From: an uncultured Verrucomicrobiae bacterium
Lineage (GTDB): Bacteria; Chlamydiota; Chlamydiia; Chlamydiales; Rhabdochlamydiaceae
Direction: 5' to 3'
NCBI GenBank assembly: GCA_963806855.1
Contig: CAWDYW010000003.1
Span: forward strand, 542,129 to 606,128
DNA: 64,000 bases
Shown piece by piece: positions 24,757 to 33,853 of the stretch. The translations under genes and the position numbers were made by a program. The notes beneath the pieces are model-generated. The model saw only the letters and a list, made by a program, of their open reading frames with translations. It had not been told where the DNA came from and ran no database searches. Positions within the stretch are counted from its first letter, which is position 1; every line of letters starts with the position of its first letter.

Positions 24757-25860
24757 ATGACCAATAAGTACAGCTTAAGCCTTCTAGTGGTGGTCATGCT
24801 CATCTTCTCGGTCGGCATTCTGATGGTGTTTAACACCACGTCGGCCGAGGTGCTCGACAGGTCTCTCGATCGGAGCACCCACTATGCTTTTATCAGGCAG
24901 CTCGTGTATGCCTTCATCGCTACGGGGTGTGCAATTGGCATTTTTTTTCTCGGTTATGAAAACGTCTTGCGCCTATCGGGAGCCTTCCTATTTTTAGGCA
25001 CCATCACTTTAATCCTTGTCTTTGTACCCAAAATTGGGCAGCAGATCAATGGCGCCCATCGATGGATTAACCTTTTTGGCAACTCGCTCCAGCCCTCGGA
25101 ATTTGTCAAAGTGCTCCTGCCGATCTATACAATCCATGCGATTGGCCGCCACAAAGATGGGATGACATTCAAGCCTTTTCTCCGGTTGATTGGCACTCTA
25201 GTTGTTCCGATTGCCCTCATTTTGATCGAGCCTGACAATGGGACGGTGGCGATCATTTTGATGGCCCTCTTAATCCTTTTTATTTTGATGCGGATCCGCT
25301 GGATCTATTGGGTGATTCCACTGTGTGTCTGCATGGTATGTGGAGGGATCGTCGCTTCGAGAATGAGCCACGTCCCTGACCGAATCAAAATCTATTTGAA
25401 CCCTGAGCTCGATTTGCGCGGCAAAGGTCATCAACCCCATCAGGCTCGCATCGCGGCGGGGTCTGGAGGGTTATTCGGCAAGGGAGTCGGGGAGAGTCTT
25501 CAAAAAATGAATTACCTTCCCGAGGCCCGCAGCGATTACATTGCGGCGATCTTTGCTGAGGAATTTGGCTTTCTCGGAGTCCTAGGTTTAATCATGCTTT
25601 ATATCACCCTTGGAGGGCTCGGTTTTACCATTGCGGCCAAGACTACAAAAATTGAGGGTTTCTATTTAGTCGCAATTCTGACATTCTTAATCTGTTTTCA
25701 GGCCTTTTTAAACCTGGGAGTGGTATCGGGTCTGCTACCTAGCAAGGGGACAAATCTTCCTTTCTTTAGTCACGGAGGATCCTCTTTGCTCGTTAACTTC
25801 ATCGTTTTGGGGTTAATTTTAAGTGTGGCCAGACACCAAAAGAAAAGAGCATATGTCTAA
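24757..25860 (+). CDS. ftsW: SEDS family peptidoglycan glycosyltransferase FtsW/RodA
   Basis: 367 aa and polytopic. SEDS motifs QPSEFVK and LPSKGTNLPFFSHGGSSLL. Confidence 0.9.
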   Translation: MTNKYSLSLLVVVMLIFSVGILMVFNTTSAEVLDRSLDRSTHYAFIRQLVYAFIATGCAIGIFFLGYENVLRLSGAFLFLGTITLILVFVPKIGQQINGAHRWINLFGNSLQPSEFVKVLLPIYTIHAIGRHKDGMTFKPFLRLIGTLVVPIALILIEPDNGTVAIILMALLILFILMRIRWIYWVIPLCVCMVCGGIVASRMSHVPDRIKIYLNPELDLRGKGHQPHQARIAAGSGGLFGKGVGESLQKMNYLPEARSDYIAAIFAEEFGFLGVLGLIMLYITLGGLGFTIAAKTTKIEGFYLVAILTFLICFQAFLNLGVVSGLLPSKGTNLPFFSHGGSSLLVNFIVLGLILSVARHQKKRAYV

Positions 25861-26914
25861 AAAAATATTGCTGGCTGTTGGGGGAACCGGTGGGCACCTT
25901 TTCCCTGCCCAAGCACTTGCCCGCGATTTAAAAGAGCTGCGAAGCGAAATCGAGATTCTTTTCGGTGGTGGACGGCTCGGCTCAAATCATTTTTTTCATC
26001 ATTCCCATTTCCCTTTTCGAGAAGTGACCAGCGGCACACCTTTCCGTGGCAAATTGATCAAATCGCTGGTTCAGATCAGCAGGGGCCTTATGGAAAGTCA
26101 CGATCTGATCAAAGAATATTCACCCGATTTGGTGATCGGATTTGGCAGTTTTTATAGTTTTCCTCTCCTAGCGGTCGCTCGGCTGAAGAAGATACCCTAT
26201 ATCTTGGTCGAATCGAATGTGCTCCCGGGGCGTGTCAATAAATTGTTTTCCTCTGGCGCCCTCTTCAACGCAATCCAATATGAGGAGACGGCGACAATTT
26301 TAAAGGGAAAAGCGATCCCGACCAAAATGCCCTTCTGGTCGAAAGAGTTTCATGGGATCCCCCTGGCGCAGGCAGATGCTCGAAAAGGGTATCAGCTCGA
26401 TCCGGAGCTCTTCACTCTTCTTATTTTTGGCGGTTCGCAAGGGGCGGAGGTGATCAACCAGGCGGCAAGCCAGCTGAAGTTGGACATTCCCTTCCAAGTA
26501 CTCCATCTCTGTGGAAGAGATCAGGACGCGGAGAAATTGGCGAGAGCGTATCGGGAGCGGGGAATTTTGGCTGCTGTGAAACATTTTGAAGACAAGATGC
26601 ATCTGGCTTGGCAAGCGGCTGATCTGGCCATCTGTCGCGCTGGAGCGGGGACGATGGCCGAGATGGAGCTATTTAACGTGCCGGCGATTCTGATCCCCTG
26701 GCCCGGGGCTACCGATCGGCATCAACATCTGAATGCCAGGACGATGGAAAATATCGGGGGAGCGGTCCTGCTAGAAGAGAAGGGGATCCATAAGCTTGCA
26801 GATAAAATTCACGTAATATTAGGCGATTTGCCCAAGATGCAAGAGAATTTGAAATTGTATCGGGCAAGGGACATTGACCATTTAGCCCATTTAGTCCTTA
26901 ACTGTTTGGAGTAG
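25853..26914 (+). CDS. murG: undecaprenyldiphospho-muramoylpentapeptide beta-N-acetylglucosaminyltransferase
   Basis: MSKKILLAVGGTGGHLFPA start and a C-terminal GT28 motif CRAGAGTMAEM. The start at 25853 overlaps the ftsW stop. Confidence 0.9.
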   Translation: MSKKILLAVGGTGGHLFPAQALARDLKELRSEIEILFGGGRLGSNHFFHHSHFPFREVTSGTPFRGKLIKSLVQISRGLMESHDLIKEYSPDLVIGFGSFYSFPLLAVARLKKIPYILVESNVLPGRVNKLFSSGALFNAIQYEETATILKGKAIPTKMPFWSKEFHGIPLAQADARKGYQLDPELFTLLIFGGSQGAEVINQAASQLKLDIPFQVLHLCGRDQDAEKLARAYRERGILAAVKHFEDKMHLAWQAADLAICRAGAGTMAEMELFNVPAILIPWPGATDRHQHLNARTMENIGGAVLLEEKGIHKLADKIHVILGDLPKMQENLKLYRARDIDHLAHLVLNCLE

Positions 26915-26919
26915 ACCCC

Positions 26920-28269
26920 ATGAAAAATACCACCCATTTTATTGGAATTGGAGGCGTCGGGATGAGCGCACTGGCACGCATTCTCCTAAAAAAGGGGGAG
27001 AAAGTGAGCGGGAGCGACATCAAAGAGTCGCAGCGAACAAACGAGCTGAAAAAAGAGGGCGCCGAGATTTTTATTGGCCACACCGAAGCGAATATCAAAA
27101 ACGCAAGCGCGATCGTCTTTTCATCCGATATTCCCGATGACAACCCCGAAATGATCTCTGCAAAGCAAAAAGGGATACCCCTTCTTCACCGCTCTGAGAT
27201 GCTCGGCAAACTGGTGATCGGCTATGCGCCGCTCCTCGTCACCGGGACACATGGGAAAACGACCACTTCCTCTCTTCTGGCCCATACCTTAGTGGAGGCC
27301 AATTTTGATCCCTCGTTTGCAGTCGGTGGATATTTAAACAATACTCAAACCAATAGCCGTTTCGGAAGAGGGCAATATTTTGTTGCCGAAGCAGACGAAA
27401 GCGATGGCTCTTTTCTTAACTACCCTGGCTTTGGAGCGATCATCACCAATCTCGAACACGACCACATGAATTACTGGAAAACCGAAAAGGCGCTTGTCGA
27501 GGGATTCCGAAAATTTGCCGAGCACATCAAGTCTAAGCACCACCTTTTCTGGTGCTACGATGATAAGCTGCTAAAGACCTTGAATCTGAAGGGATATAGC
27601 TATGGGTTTAGCGAAGGGGCCGATCTTTTCATTGAGAATTTCCGCCAGGTGCATTGGCATATGAACTTTGATCTGACCTTCGAAGGGAAGCGGTATGAAA
27701 ATATTCAGATTCCTTTGATTGGCGCTCACAATGTGCTCAATGCCGCTGCCGTCTTTGGGCTTGGACTCAAGCTCGATCTCTCCGAAGATCAGCTCCGCAA
27801 GGGGTTTGTCAGCTTCCCTGGAGTAGGAAGGCGGCTGGAGAAAAAGGGGACAGCAGGAACCATCGACATTTACGATGACTATGCCCACCATCCGACCGAA
27901 ATTTTCGCTACGTTGCGGGCGCTTAAAAACGCCAGCCATGGGAAGCGGATCGTCCTCGCCTTCCAGCCCCACCGCTATACTCGAACCAAGTGCTGTTTGG
28001 ATGACTTTGCTGATGCCTTTGAGTATGCCGATGAGGTGGTCATCACAGAAGTCTATGCTGCGCATGAAACCCCTATCCCAGAATTGACCCCTGAAAAAAT
28101 CCTCAAGAGGATCAAAGCAGGTGGGTACAATAAGGTCCGTTTTGTGGAGAGGTCCAACTTACCCAAATTTTTATCCCAGTTTCTCCAACCTAAGGATATT
28201 TTGATCACAATGGGAGCAGGCGATATCACAACTGTCGGGCCTGCTGTCCTCAGTGAGCTAACTGAATGA
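26920..28269 (+). CDS. murC: UDP-N-acetylmuramate--L-alanine ligase (not fused to Ddl)
   Basis: 449 aa. HFIGIGGVGMSALA and VTGTHGKTTTSSLL. The protein ends after the Mur ligase C-terminal domain with no D-Ala-D-Ala ligase extension. Confidence 0.9.
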   Translation: MKNTTHFIGIGGVGMSALARILLKKGEKVSGSDIKESQRTNELKKEGAEIFIGHTEANIKNASAIVFSSDIPDDNPEMISAKQKGIPLLHRSEMLGKLVIGYAPLLVTGTHGKTTTSSLLAHTLVEANFDPSFAVGGYLNNTQTNSRFGRGQYFVAEADESDGSFLNYPGFGAIITNLEHDHMNYWKTEKALVEGFRKFAEHIKSKHHLFWCYDDKLLKTLNLKGYSYGFSEGADLFIENFRQVHWHMNFDLTFEGKRYENIQIPLIGAHNVLNAAAVFGLGLKLDLSEDQLRKGFVSFPGVGRRLEKKGTAGTIDIYDDYAHHPTEIFATLRALKNASHGKRIVLAFQPHRYTRTKCCLDDFADAFEYADEVVITEVYAAHETPIPELTPEKILKRIKAGGYNKVRFVERSNLPKFLSQFLQPKDILITMGAGDITTVGPAVLSELTE

Positions 28270-29156
28270 AAAAGAAATTAACCCTTTCACAGTCTTTACT
28301 CTGGATTGTCGCCTCGGCCATTGCGATCAATGCTGTGGCCTACTGCGGCATCAAAGGGGTCCTTTTGTGGAAAAAGATGCAGGGGATCGACCATCGTGTC
28401 CCAATCCGAGCTATCGTCCAAACTGGACCGCAGCGCGAGGCGCTGAAGACCGCCTATTTAGCAGAGCTGCTCGACCTAGCAGAAGATCAGCCCACTTTAA
28501 GCTCCAATTTTGATGTGAAAGAAGCGGAAAAAAAACTCCGAGAGTCGCCTGTCATTAACGAAGTGCACGTCAAAATTCAAGAGCCCGGCATTCTCTATAT
28601 TGACTATACTACCCGCCAACCGGTCGCTTTCCTTCTAGATTATGAAAATGTGGCCCTCGATAAGGAAGGATATCCCTTTCCAGTCGCCCCCTTCTTCACT
28701 CCTAAAAAACTCCCCGGGATTTATCTGGGAATGGAAGAAGAGTTGCAATGGAACCAGCCGATCGTTGGAGAAAAGCTTCAGCTCGCCTATGCCCTTTTAG
28801 AGCTCATTAACGGCCCGATAGTGGGAGACCTCTTTAATGTAAAACGGATCGATGTCTCAAATGCCTTTGAAATGAGTTATGGAAGACGGGAGATCGTCCT
28901 CTTTGCTCAAGACGAAATCTATAAAACCTATCGAGGCAAAGAGGTGCGCTTCGTCATCCCCCGCATCCTCCGCTTGCCAACGAAAAAATATGCCCAAGAA
29001 TTGGCCAATTATTTGAAGTTTCGAGAGCAGAGGCTAGAGAAAGAACAGCAGGAGCTCAAGGTGACAGACGAAGGGCAAACAGTGGTCCTGTGCCCTATCG
29101 TCACCATCGATCTGAGAATCCCTCAGCTTGCCTTCATTGAGGAAGTGAAGAGGTAA
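28266..29156 (+). CDS. ftsQ: FtsQ-like cell division protein (TM plus POTRA)
   Basis: 296 aa. One N-terminal TM helix and a POTRA-like segment, ILYIDYTTRQPVAFLLDYENVALDKEGYPFP. It sits at the end of the dcw block. Confidence 0.65.
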   Translation: MKKKLTLSQSLLWIVASAIAINAVAYCGIKGVLLWKKMQGIDHRVPIRAIVQTGPQREALKTAYLAELLDLAEDQPTLSSNFDVKEAEKKLRESPVINEVHVKIQEPGILYIDYTTRQPVAFLLDYENVALDKEGYPFPVAPFFTPKKLPGIYLGMEEELQWNQPIVGEKLQLAYALLELINGPIVGDLFNVKRIDVSNAFEMSYGRREIVLFAQDEIYKTYRGKEVRFVIPRILRLPTKKYAQELANYLKFREQRLEKEQQELKVTDEGQTVVLCPIVTIDLRIPQLAFIEEVKR

Positions 29157-29177
29157 CTACAAAGAAGCGAATTCCTT

Positions 29178-30068
29178 TTAATATTTATCTGCGAGAATTA
29201 TCTCATTTTTGTCGTGTACAACTTCAACACCCTTAGTTTTGAGCATAGCGGCTTGAATTTGTTTTTCATCGACTTTTTTAAGATCTTTTGCCAATCGACA
29301 TTTACTTAAGAGCCAGATAAACCATTTTGTCGGGTCAAATTGGTACCAACGGATTCCATTGCGATAATCTCTTGGGAATACGTGGTGAAAATTGTGATAC
29401 CCTTCTCCAAAAGTTAAGAAAGCGGCTAACCAATTGTTCACAGCAGTCTGTTTTTCAGAATAAGGTCTAGACCCAATCGTGTGGGCAAGGGAATTAATAA
29501 AATAGGTGCAGTGATGACAGAGGAGAAGGCGAACTCCATATGCCAAGACAAAAGCGCCTACCATATCGTGAATTAACCAGCCTAAAATCAGCGTAGGGAC
29601 GATATTGGCAATAAACATCAGTTTGATTTCATGCTTATGCTGAAACATCACCAAGGGATTGGCACAAAGATCTTTGACCACCTTTTCATCAATCTCTTTC
29701 GGATCATCAAAAAGCCATAACAGGTGGGCATACCAAAATCCTTTTTTTATCGAATAAGGATCATCATCTGTATCGACATAAGCATGGTGATGGCGATGCT
29801 CAAATGCCCATCTAAGAACGCTATACTGGGCTGCCATACTCCCGAAAAAGAGGATAAAATATTCAATGACTGGATGGACTTTATAGGTGCGATGCGCGTA
29901 GAGCCGATGATATCCCGCTGTAATGGCAAGCATCGTAGCGGCATAGAAAAGGCAACTGGTGAGGATCAAAGCAAAAGATGGGCTTTTCCCCCAAATAAAA
30001 TAAAAAGGCAAACTCAATAAAACAATTAATTGATATGCGATGACAGTATGGCCTGTGGTCCACTTCAT
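29178..30068 (-). CDS. membrane fatty-acid (acyl-CoA/acyl-lipid delta-9 type) desaturase
   Basis: 296 aa. Three histidine boxes, HRLYAHR, HRHHH and HNFHH, with flanking TM helices. The gene is AT-rich. Confidence 0.85.
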   Translation of the reverse strand: MKWTTGHTVIAYQLIVLLSLPFYFIWGKSPSFALILTSCLFYAATMLAITAGYHRLYAHRTYKVHPVIEYFILFFGSMAAQYSVLRWAFEHRHHHAYVDTDDDPYSIKKGFWYAHLLWLFDDPKEIDEKVVKDLCANPLVMFQHKHEIKLMFIANIVPTLILGWLIHDMVGAFVLAYGVRLLLCHHCTYFINSLAHTIGSRPYSEKQTAVNNWLAAFLTFGEGYHNFHHVFPRDYRNGIRWYQFDPTKWFIWLLSKCRLAKDLKKVDEKQIQAAMLKTKGVEVVHDKNEIILADKY

Positions 30069-31288
30069 TTTTTCTCCATTAACGTTGAATAGAGCTTCAG
30101 GTGTTTCATTCGAAATTGATCGAGTGAAAAATCTTGGGCTCTATTTATCCCTTTTTGCATTAGTTCCTTCGACAACTCTCGCGAGGATAAAATTTTCTCA
30201 ATGGCATCAGCTATTTCTAACGGATCTTTAGGATCGACGCAGAGCGCTGCTTCGCCAACAATTTCTTTCGGTGCCGAGCCATTTGAAGTGACAATCGGCG
30301 TCCCGGAGGCCATGGCCTCAAGTAGAGGAATCCCAAACCCTTCATATAGAGAGGGCCATACTAGAACGGATGCCTTTTGAAACAGCCGCGCCTTCTCCGC
30401 CTCTGAGATATATCCGGTAAGAATAATATCATCGCTCAGGTTATACCCCGCGGCGTCCAAAATTGTGGATTTGGACCGCGCCAAAGCCTCGGGGTTTAAC
30501 TGTTGTTCCGAGGGTTGTATTAAATCGATACTACCCTCGGAACAACAGTTGAACCGCGAGAGCTTTCGCGTGGGTCCAAATTCACAATTTTGGACGCCGC
30601 GGGGTATAGTTGGAAGACAATTTGTCCCTTCTTCTTTGCCAGCTAAAATCAGCCGATGGGGATAGCCACGCTTTTTGATGATCCCAAAGGCCTCGATAAT
30701 CCCTTTTAAGTTTTTGCGGGGCTCAAACGATCCGATATAAAATAAAAAGGGCTCTTTCTCCTCATCGATCGTCCGCTCTCTCGGGAGCAGGGCACACGGA
30801 ATCACCGTCACCTTATTCTCAATCTTGGGAAATAACCGGACCAAATCATCGCGTGTCTGCTGACTCACAGCTGCGATCGCCGCCGCCTCATTTAAATAGC
30901 GGGGGAGGAAGTAACTCATTATACAATAGCTCTTCTTTGGAAACAAGTGGGGAAATAAAAGGGGCATTACATCGTGAATTGTCAGGACAAAGGGGGCTTT
31001 TGGCTTTTTCCCATATAAAATTTTTGGTTCAGGGAAGTGCATCAGATCTAGGTCGTTAAAACAGCGGAGGTGGCAAAGAGCGCTTAAGCTTTTGGAGAAG
31101 GGGATCCTAAGCTTTTTTCGAAAATGGTGGTGGGCAACTTTAGGGAAATGGAGATCGGTCGCATTGGGACTATGGTAACAGACAATCCCTTCATTTTTGA
31201 GCGCTTCGATCAGCGTCAAAGTAAAATAGCCAACCCCTCGAATCGTCCCGCAAAGCCCTTCTGTCTCAATTCCGAGTTTCATACCCAT
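30065..31288 (-). CDS. GT4 family glycosyltransferase carrying an in-frame palindromic insertion
   Basis: 407 aa. C-terminal GT4 motif PSLYEGFGIPLLEAMASGTPIV. About 55 atypical residues (TNCLPTIPRGVQNCEFGP...STILDAAGYNL) are encoded by the palindrome at 30442-30608. Confidence 0.85.
   Translation of the reverse strand: MGMKLGIETEGLCGTIRGVGYFTLTLIEALKNEGIVCYHSPNATDLHFPKVAHHHFRKKLRIPFSKSLSALCHLRCFNDLDLMHFPEPKILYGKKPKAPFVLTIHDVMPLLFPHLFPKKSYCIMSYFLPRYLNEAAAIAAVSQQTRDDLVRLFPKIENKVTVIPCALLPRERTIDEEKEPFLFYIGSFEPRKNLKGIIEAFGIIKKRGYPHRLILAGKEEGTNCLPTIPRGVQNCEFGPTRKLSRFNCCSEGSIDLIQPSEQQLNPEALARSKSTILDAAGYNLSDDIILTGYISEAEKARLFQKASVLVWPSLYEGFGIPLLEAMASGTPIVTSNGSAPKEIVGEAALCVDPKDPLEIADAIEKILSSRELSKELMQKGINRAQDFSLDQFRMKHLKLYSTLMEKK
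30442..30608. repeat. 167-bp palindromic element (P3) inside the GT4 coding sequence
   Basis: Perfect outer arms TATACCCCGCGGCGTCCAAAATTGTG / CACAATTTTGGACGCCGCGGGGTATA. Inner arms AACTGTTGTTCCGAGGGT / ACCCTCGGAACAACAGTT. The ORF reads through the element. Confidence 0.9.
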
Positions 31289-31314
31289 AGTATCTTCATA
31301 TCTTTTTTTTAAAT

Positions 31315-31398
31315 CTATACCGAAATTGATTCAAAAATCGGCTTTTGGGAGCTTTCAATCCCGCCCAAAAACCGATTTTTGAATCAATTTTGGTATAG
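31315..31398. repeat. 84-bp palindromic element (P4) in a divergent intergenic region
   Basis: CTATACCGAAATTGATTCAAAAATCGGCTTTTGGG pairs with CCCAAAAACCGATTTTTGAATCAATTTTGGTATAG (35-nt arms, 2 mismatches). The CCGATTTT..TTCAAA core resembles the P1 inner arm. Confidence 0.85.
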
Positions 31399-31457
31399 CT
31401 CCAAAAATTGGAAAAATGGTATGGTTTGCAACTACCCTTTAACCCAGATAGAGAAGT

Positions 31458-31718
31458 ATGAAAGAGTTTTTCGATTATATTGTTAAGAACCTCGTCGATC
31501 AGCCTGATGCTGTTGACATCCAAATTGTCGAAGGCGACAAAGGGACTCTGATTGAAGTGCGCGTCTCTCCTGAAGATGTGGCTAAAGTAGTCGGCAGAAA
31601 GGGTAGAATCATCAATTCACTCCGTACCCTCGCCATCACGGTTGGAGCCCGCTTCGGTCAGCGCGTGCGCCTTGAACTTATCGATAAGGAACCAGCTGCA
31701 AAACTCCAGGACGAGTAA
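31458..31718 (+). CDS. KH-domain RNA-binding protein (YlqC/UPF0109 family)
   Basis: 86 aa. MKEFFDYIVKNLVDQPDAV and the KH GxxG loop VVGRKGRIINSLR. Confidence 0.85.
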   Translation: MKEFFDYIVKNLVDQPDAVDIQIVEGDKGTLIEVRVSPEDVAKVVGRKGRIINSLRTLAITVGARFGQRVRLELIDKEPAAKLQDE

Positions 31719-31753
31719 AAAAAGCCCTGAATTTTTTATAGATTGAAAATCCA

Positions 31754-32119
31754 ATGCCAGCTATCTTGAAAGTCATGGGTATTGGTGTTGAAATTTCCGC
31801 ACAGCAAGAGGGTGATGTCCTAGTCATTAGACTCGATGGACGGCTCGATGCGTCAACGACTCCTGTCGTTGAGAAAAAGCTTGCTAAACTTCTCGAAACT
31901 TCTAAAAAGATGCTGGTCGATTTTACCGATGTCGGTTACTTGAGCAGCGCCGGAATGAGATTGCTCCTTTCAATGACAAAGAAAATGCAGGCAAATGGGG
32001 GGCAAATCGCCTTTTTTGCTATGAGCGAAGATGTTTTGGAAATCATTAGAATGGCCGGTTTTGAGCGGATCTTGAAGATTTTTAACACCAAAAATGAAGC
32101 ATTAAAATCTATTAAATAG
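31754..32119 (+). CDS. STAS-domain anti-sigma-factor antagonist (RsbV-like)
   Basis: 121 aa. LVIRLDGRLDAS...VDFTDVGYLSSAGMRLL contains the conserved phosphorylatable Ser context (SSAG). Confidence 0.8.
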   Translation: MPAILKVMGIGVEISAQQEGDVLVIRLDGRLDASTTPVVEKKLAKLLETSKKMLVDFTDVGYLSSAGMRLLLSMTKKMQANGGQIAFFAMSEDVLEIIRMAGFERILKIFNTKNEALKSIK

Positions 32120-32127
32120 GAGTTGCT

Positions 32128-33153
32128 TTGACTCCGAATACCATTGAAAAACAAGAGCTCGCCAAGCTCCTCGCTCAGATTCCCCTCCCTTTAAAAGAAA
32201 AGATCCAGAGTCGTAGCAAAAAGAAAAAAATCATCGTCATTGCAGGACCAACCGCTGTCGGCAAGACCAAGCACTCACTCGTCATCGCCAAAGCCCTGGG
32301 CGGAGAAATTGTCTCAGCCGACTCGATGCAGGTCTACCGCGGGATGGATATCGGCACTGCTAAAGTAAATAAATTGGAGCGACTCCAAGTACCCCATCAT
32401 CTCATCGATATCCGCGACCTCAGTGAAGGGTTCAACGCGATGGATTTTTACCGTGAGGCGCACAAAGCGATACGGGATATCCTCTTGAGAGGAAAAGTGC
32501 CGATTGTTGTCGGCGGGACGGGCTTTTACATCCATGCCCTGATCTATGGCCCGCCTCAAGGCCCCAGTTCGATCCCTGAGGTGCGGCAAGGTCTTGAAGA
32601 TGAAATGGATAAGCTTGGAGTCGAGGAACTCTATCGCCGTCTTTCGGAGGCCGATCCTGAGTATGCCAAAAGCATCACTGCTGCCGACCGGCACAAGATC
32701 GTCCGCGCGCTCGAAATCATCTCGATTACCAAGAAAAAAGTCTCCGATTTTCCTAAGATGCAAAAAGAGGAGATTCCCTACGATTTCCGCTGCTGGTTCC
32801 TCTATATGCCTAAGGAGGTGCTCTACCCCCATATTGAGATGCGCTGCGATGAGATGATTGCGTCGGGATTGATTGATGAGGTGCGCGACCTTGATGCTAA
32901 AGGACTTAGAAAAAATTCTTCCGCTTCCCAGTCAATCGGCTATCGTCAATGCCTCGATTTCCTCGCCAGCAAAGGAGCCCCCGACGATTTTGAGGAGTTT
33001 GTTGCCACCTTTAAGAGGGCGTCGCGCCGCTATGCTAAGAGGCAATTCACCTGGTTTAAGAGGGAGCCACTCTTCCGCTGGCTCAACGTCCATGGGGTCC
33101 CGCTCGAGAAATCGGTCGAGACGATCATTCAAGATTACGAAATCAGTTTTTAA
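32128..33153 (+). CDS. miaA: tRNA dimethylallyltransferase
   Basis: P-loop IAGPTAVGKT, SADSMQVYRGMDIGTAK, HHLID and GGTGFY. It has a TTG start. Confidence 0.9.
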   Translation: MTPNTIEKQELAKLLAQIPLPLKEKIQSRSKKKKIIVIAGPTAVGKTKHSLVIAKALGGEIVSADSMQVYRGMDIGTAKVNKLERLQVPHHLIDIRDLSEGFNAMDFYREAHKAIRDILLRGKVPIVVGGTGFYIHALIYGPPQGPSSIPEVRQGLEDEMDKLGVEELYRRLSEADPEYAKSITAADRHKIVRALEIISITKKKVSDFPKMQKEEIPYDFRCWFLYMPKEVLYPHIEMRCDEMIASGLIDEVRDLDAKGLRKNSSASQSIGYRQCLDFLASKGAPDDFEEFVATFKRASRRYAKRQFTWFKREPLFRWLNVHGVPLEKSVETIIQDYEISF

Positions 33154-33226
33154 AATAAATATTGCCAATTGAATTTAACTTGTTATTAATATATAATAAA
33201 TAAAGTTAGAATAAAGGAGTATTTAA

Positions 33227-33796
33227 ATGAGTTCATTAATTAGTCAATTAGGCAATTGTGCTTCATGGGCAGTAGGGAATTTGTTCTCTTACGGATCGTA
33301 TGCAGCTTTCAAGGGAATTAGTTTAACTGGGACGGCACTGCAGATTGGAGCAGACTATGGTGCAGAGAATGCCCCGAAAGTTGCAGCTTATGCCGGGGAA
33401 AAATTGAAAGAGGGTTTTCAGTATGCAGCACCTAAAGCATTAACTGGTCTCCAGTATTATGTCGCACCGGTAGTTAAACAATATGGACCTCACATGCTGG
33501 CTGTTGTTGGGGCCATTATTGGGTTAAAAATCTGTATCCGTATGATAAAGGCTGCAGATATAAAGGGAAAGGTCGTATACATTGGTAAATCATTGGAACC
33601 CGTGATTCGTTATGGTGTTATAGCGATAGGTGTTGCTGCGTTTTATAAAGTCGCTCCCAGCCTCATTACAACTCAAAGCGTCGCCGCTGCTGGTTTAGCT
33701 GCATGTACTGGTATCGCAATGCACGCAAGGACACCACGGTACAGAGTCTACGCCATGATTGGAGTCGCACTCACTGCTCACTTTCTTTTAAAGTAG
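33227..33796 (+). CDS. hypothetical membrane protein (Gly/Ala-rich, several hydrophobic helices)
   Basis: 189 aa. AT-rich upstream region with AAAGGAG before the ATG. Hydrophobic segments include MLAVVGAIIGLKI, VIAIGVAAFY and AAAGLAACTGIAM. I recognise no motif. Confidence 0.55.
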   Translation: MSSLISQLGNCASWAVGNLFSYGSYAAFKGISLTGTALQIGADYGAENAPKVAAYAGEKLKEGFQYAAPKALTGLQYYVAPVVKQYGPHMLAVVGAIIGLKICIRMIKAADIKGKVVYIGKSLEPVIRYGVIAIGVAAFYKVAPSLITTQSVAAAGLAACTGIAMHARTPRYRVYAMIGVALTAHFLLK

Positions 33797-33853
33797 GTTG
33801 AGTTTTTGCTCTCGATAAGGTAAAATGGGTGTTTGCTTCTTTAAAGGATCAAT

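Noticed and set aside
30465-30665. The plus-strand 66-aa ORF inside the GT4 gene.
   Set aside because: It is a mirror-image artefact of the palindrome. It encodes NCCSEG..PSEQQLN, just as the real minus-strand frame does, and has no independent support.
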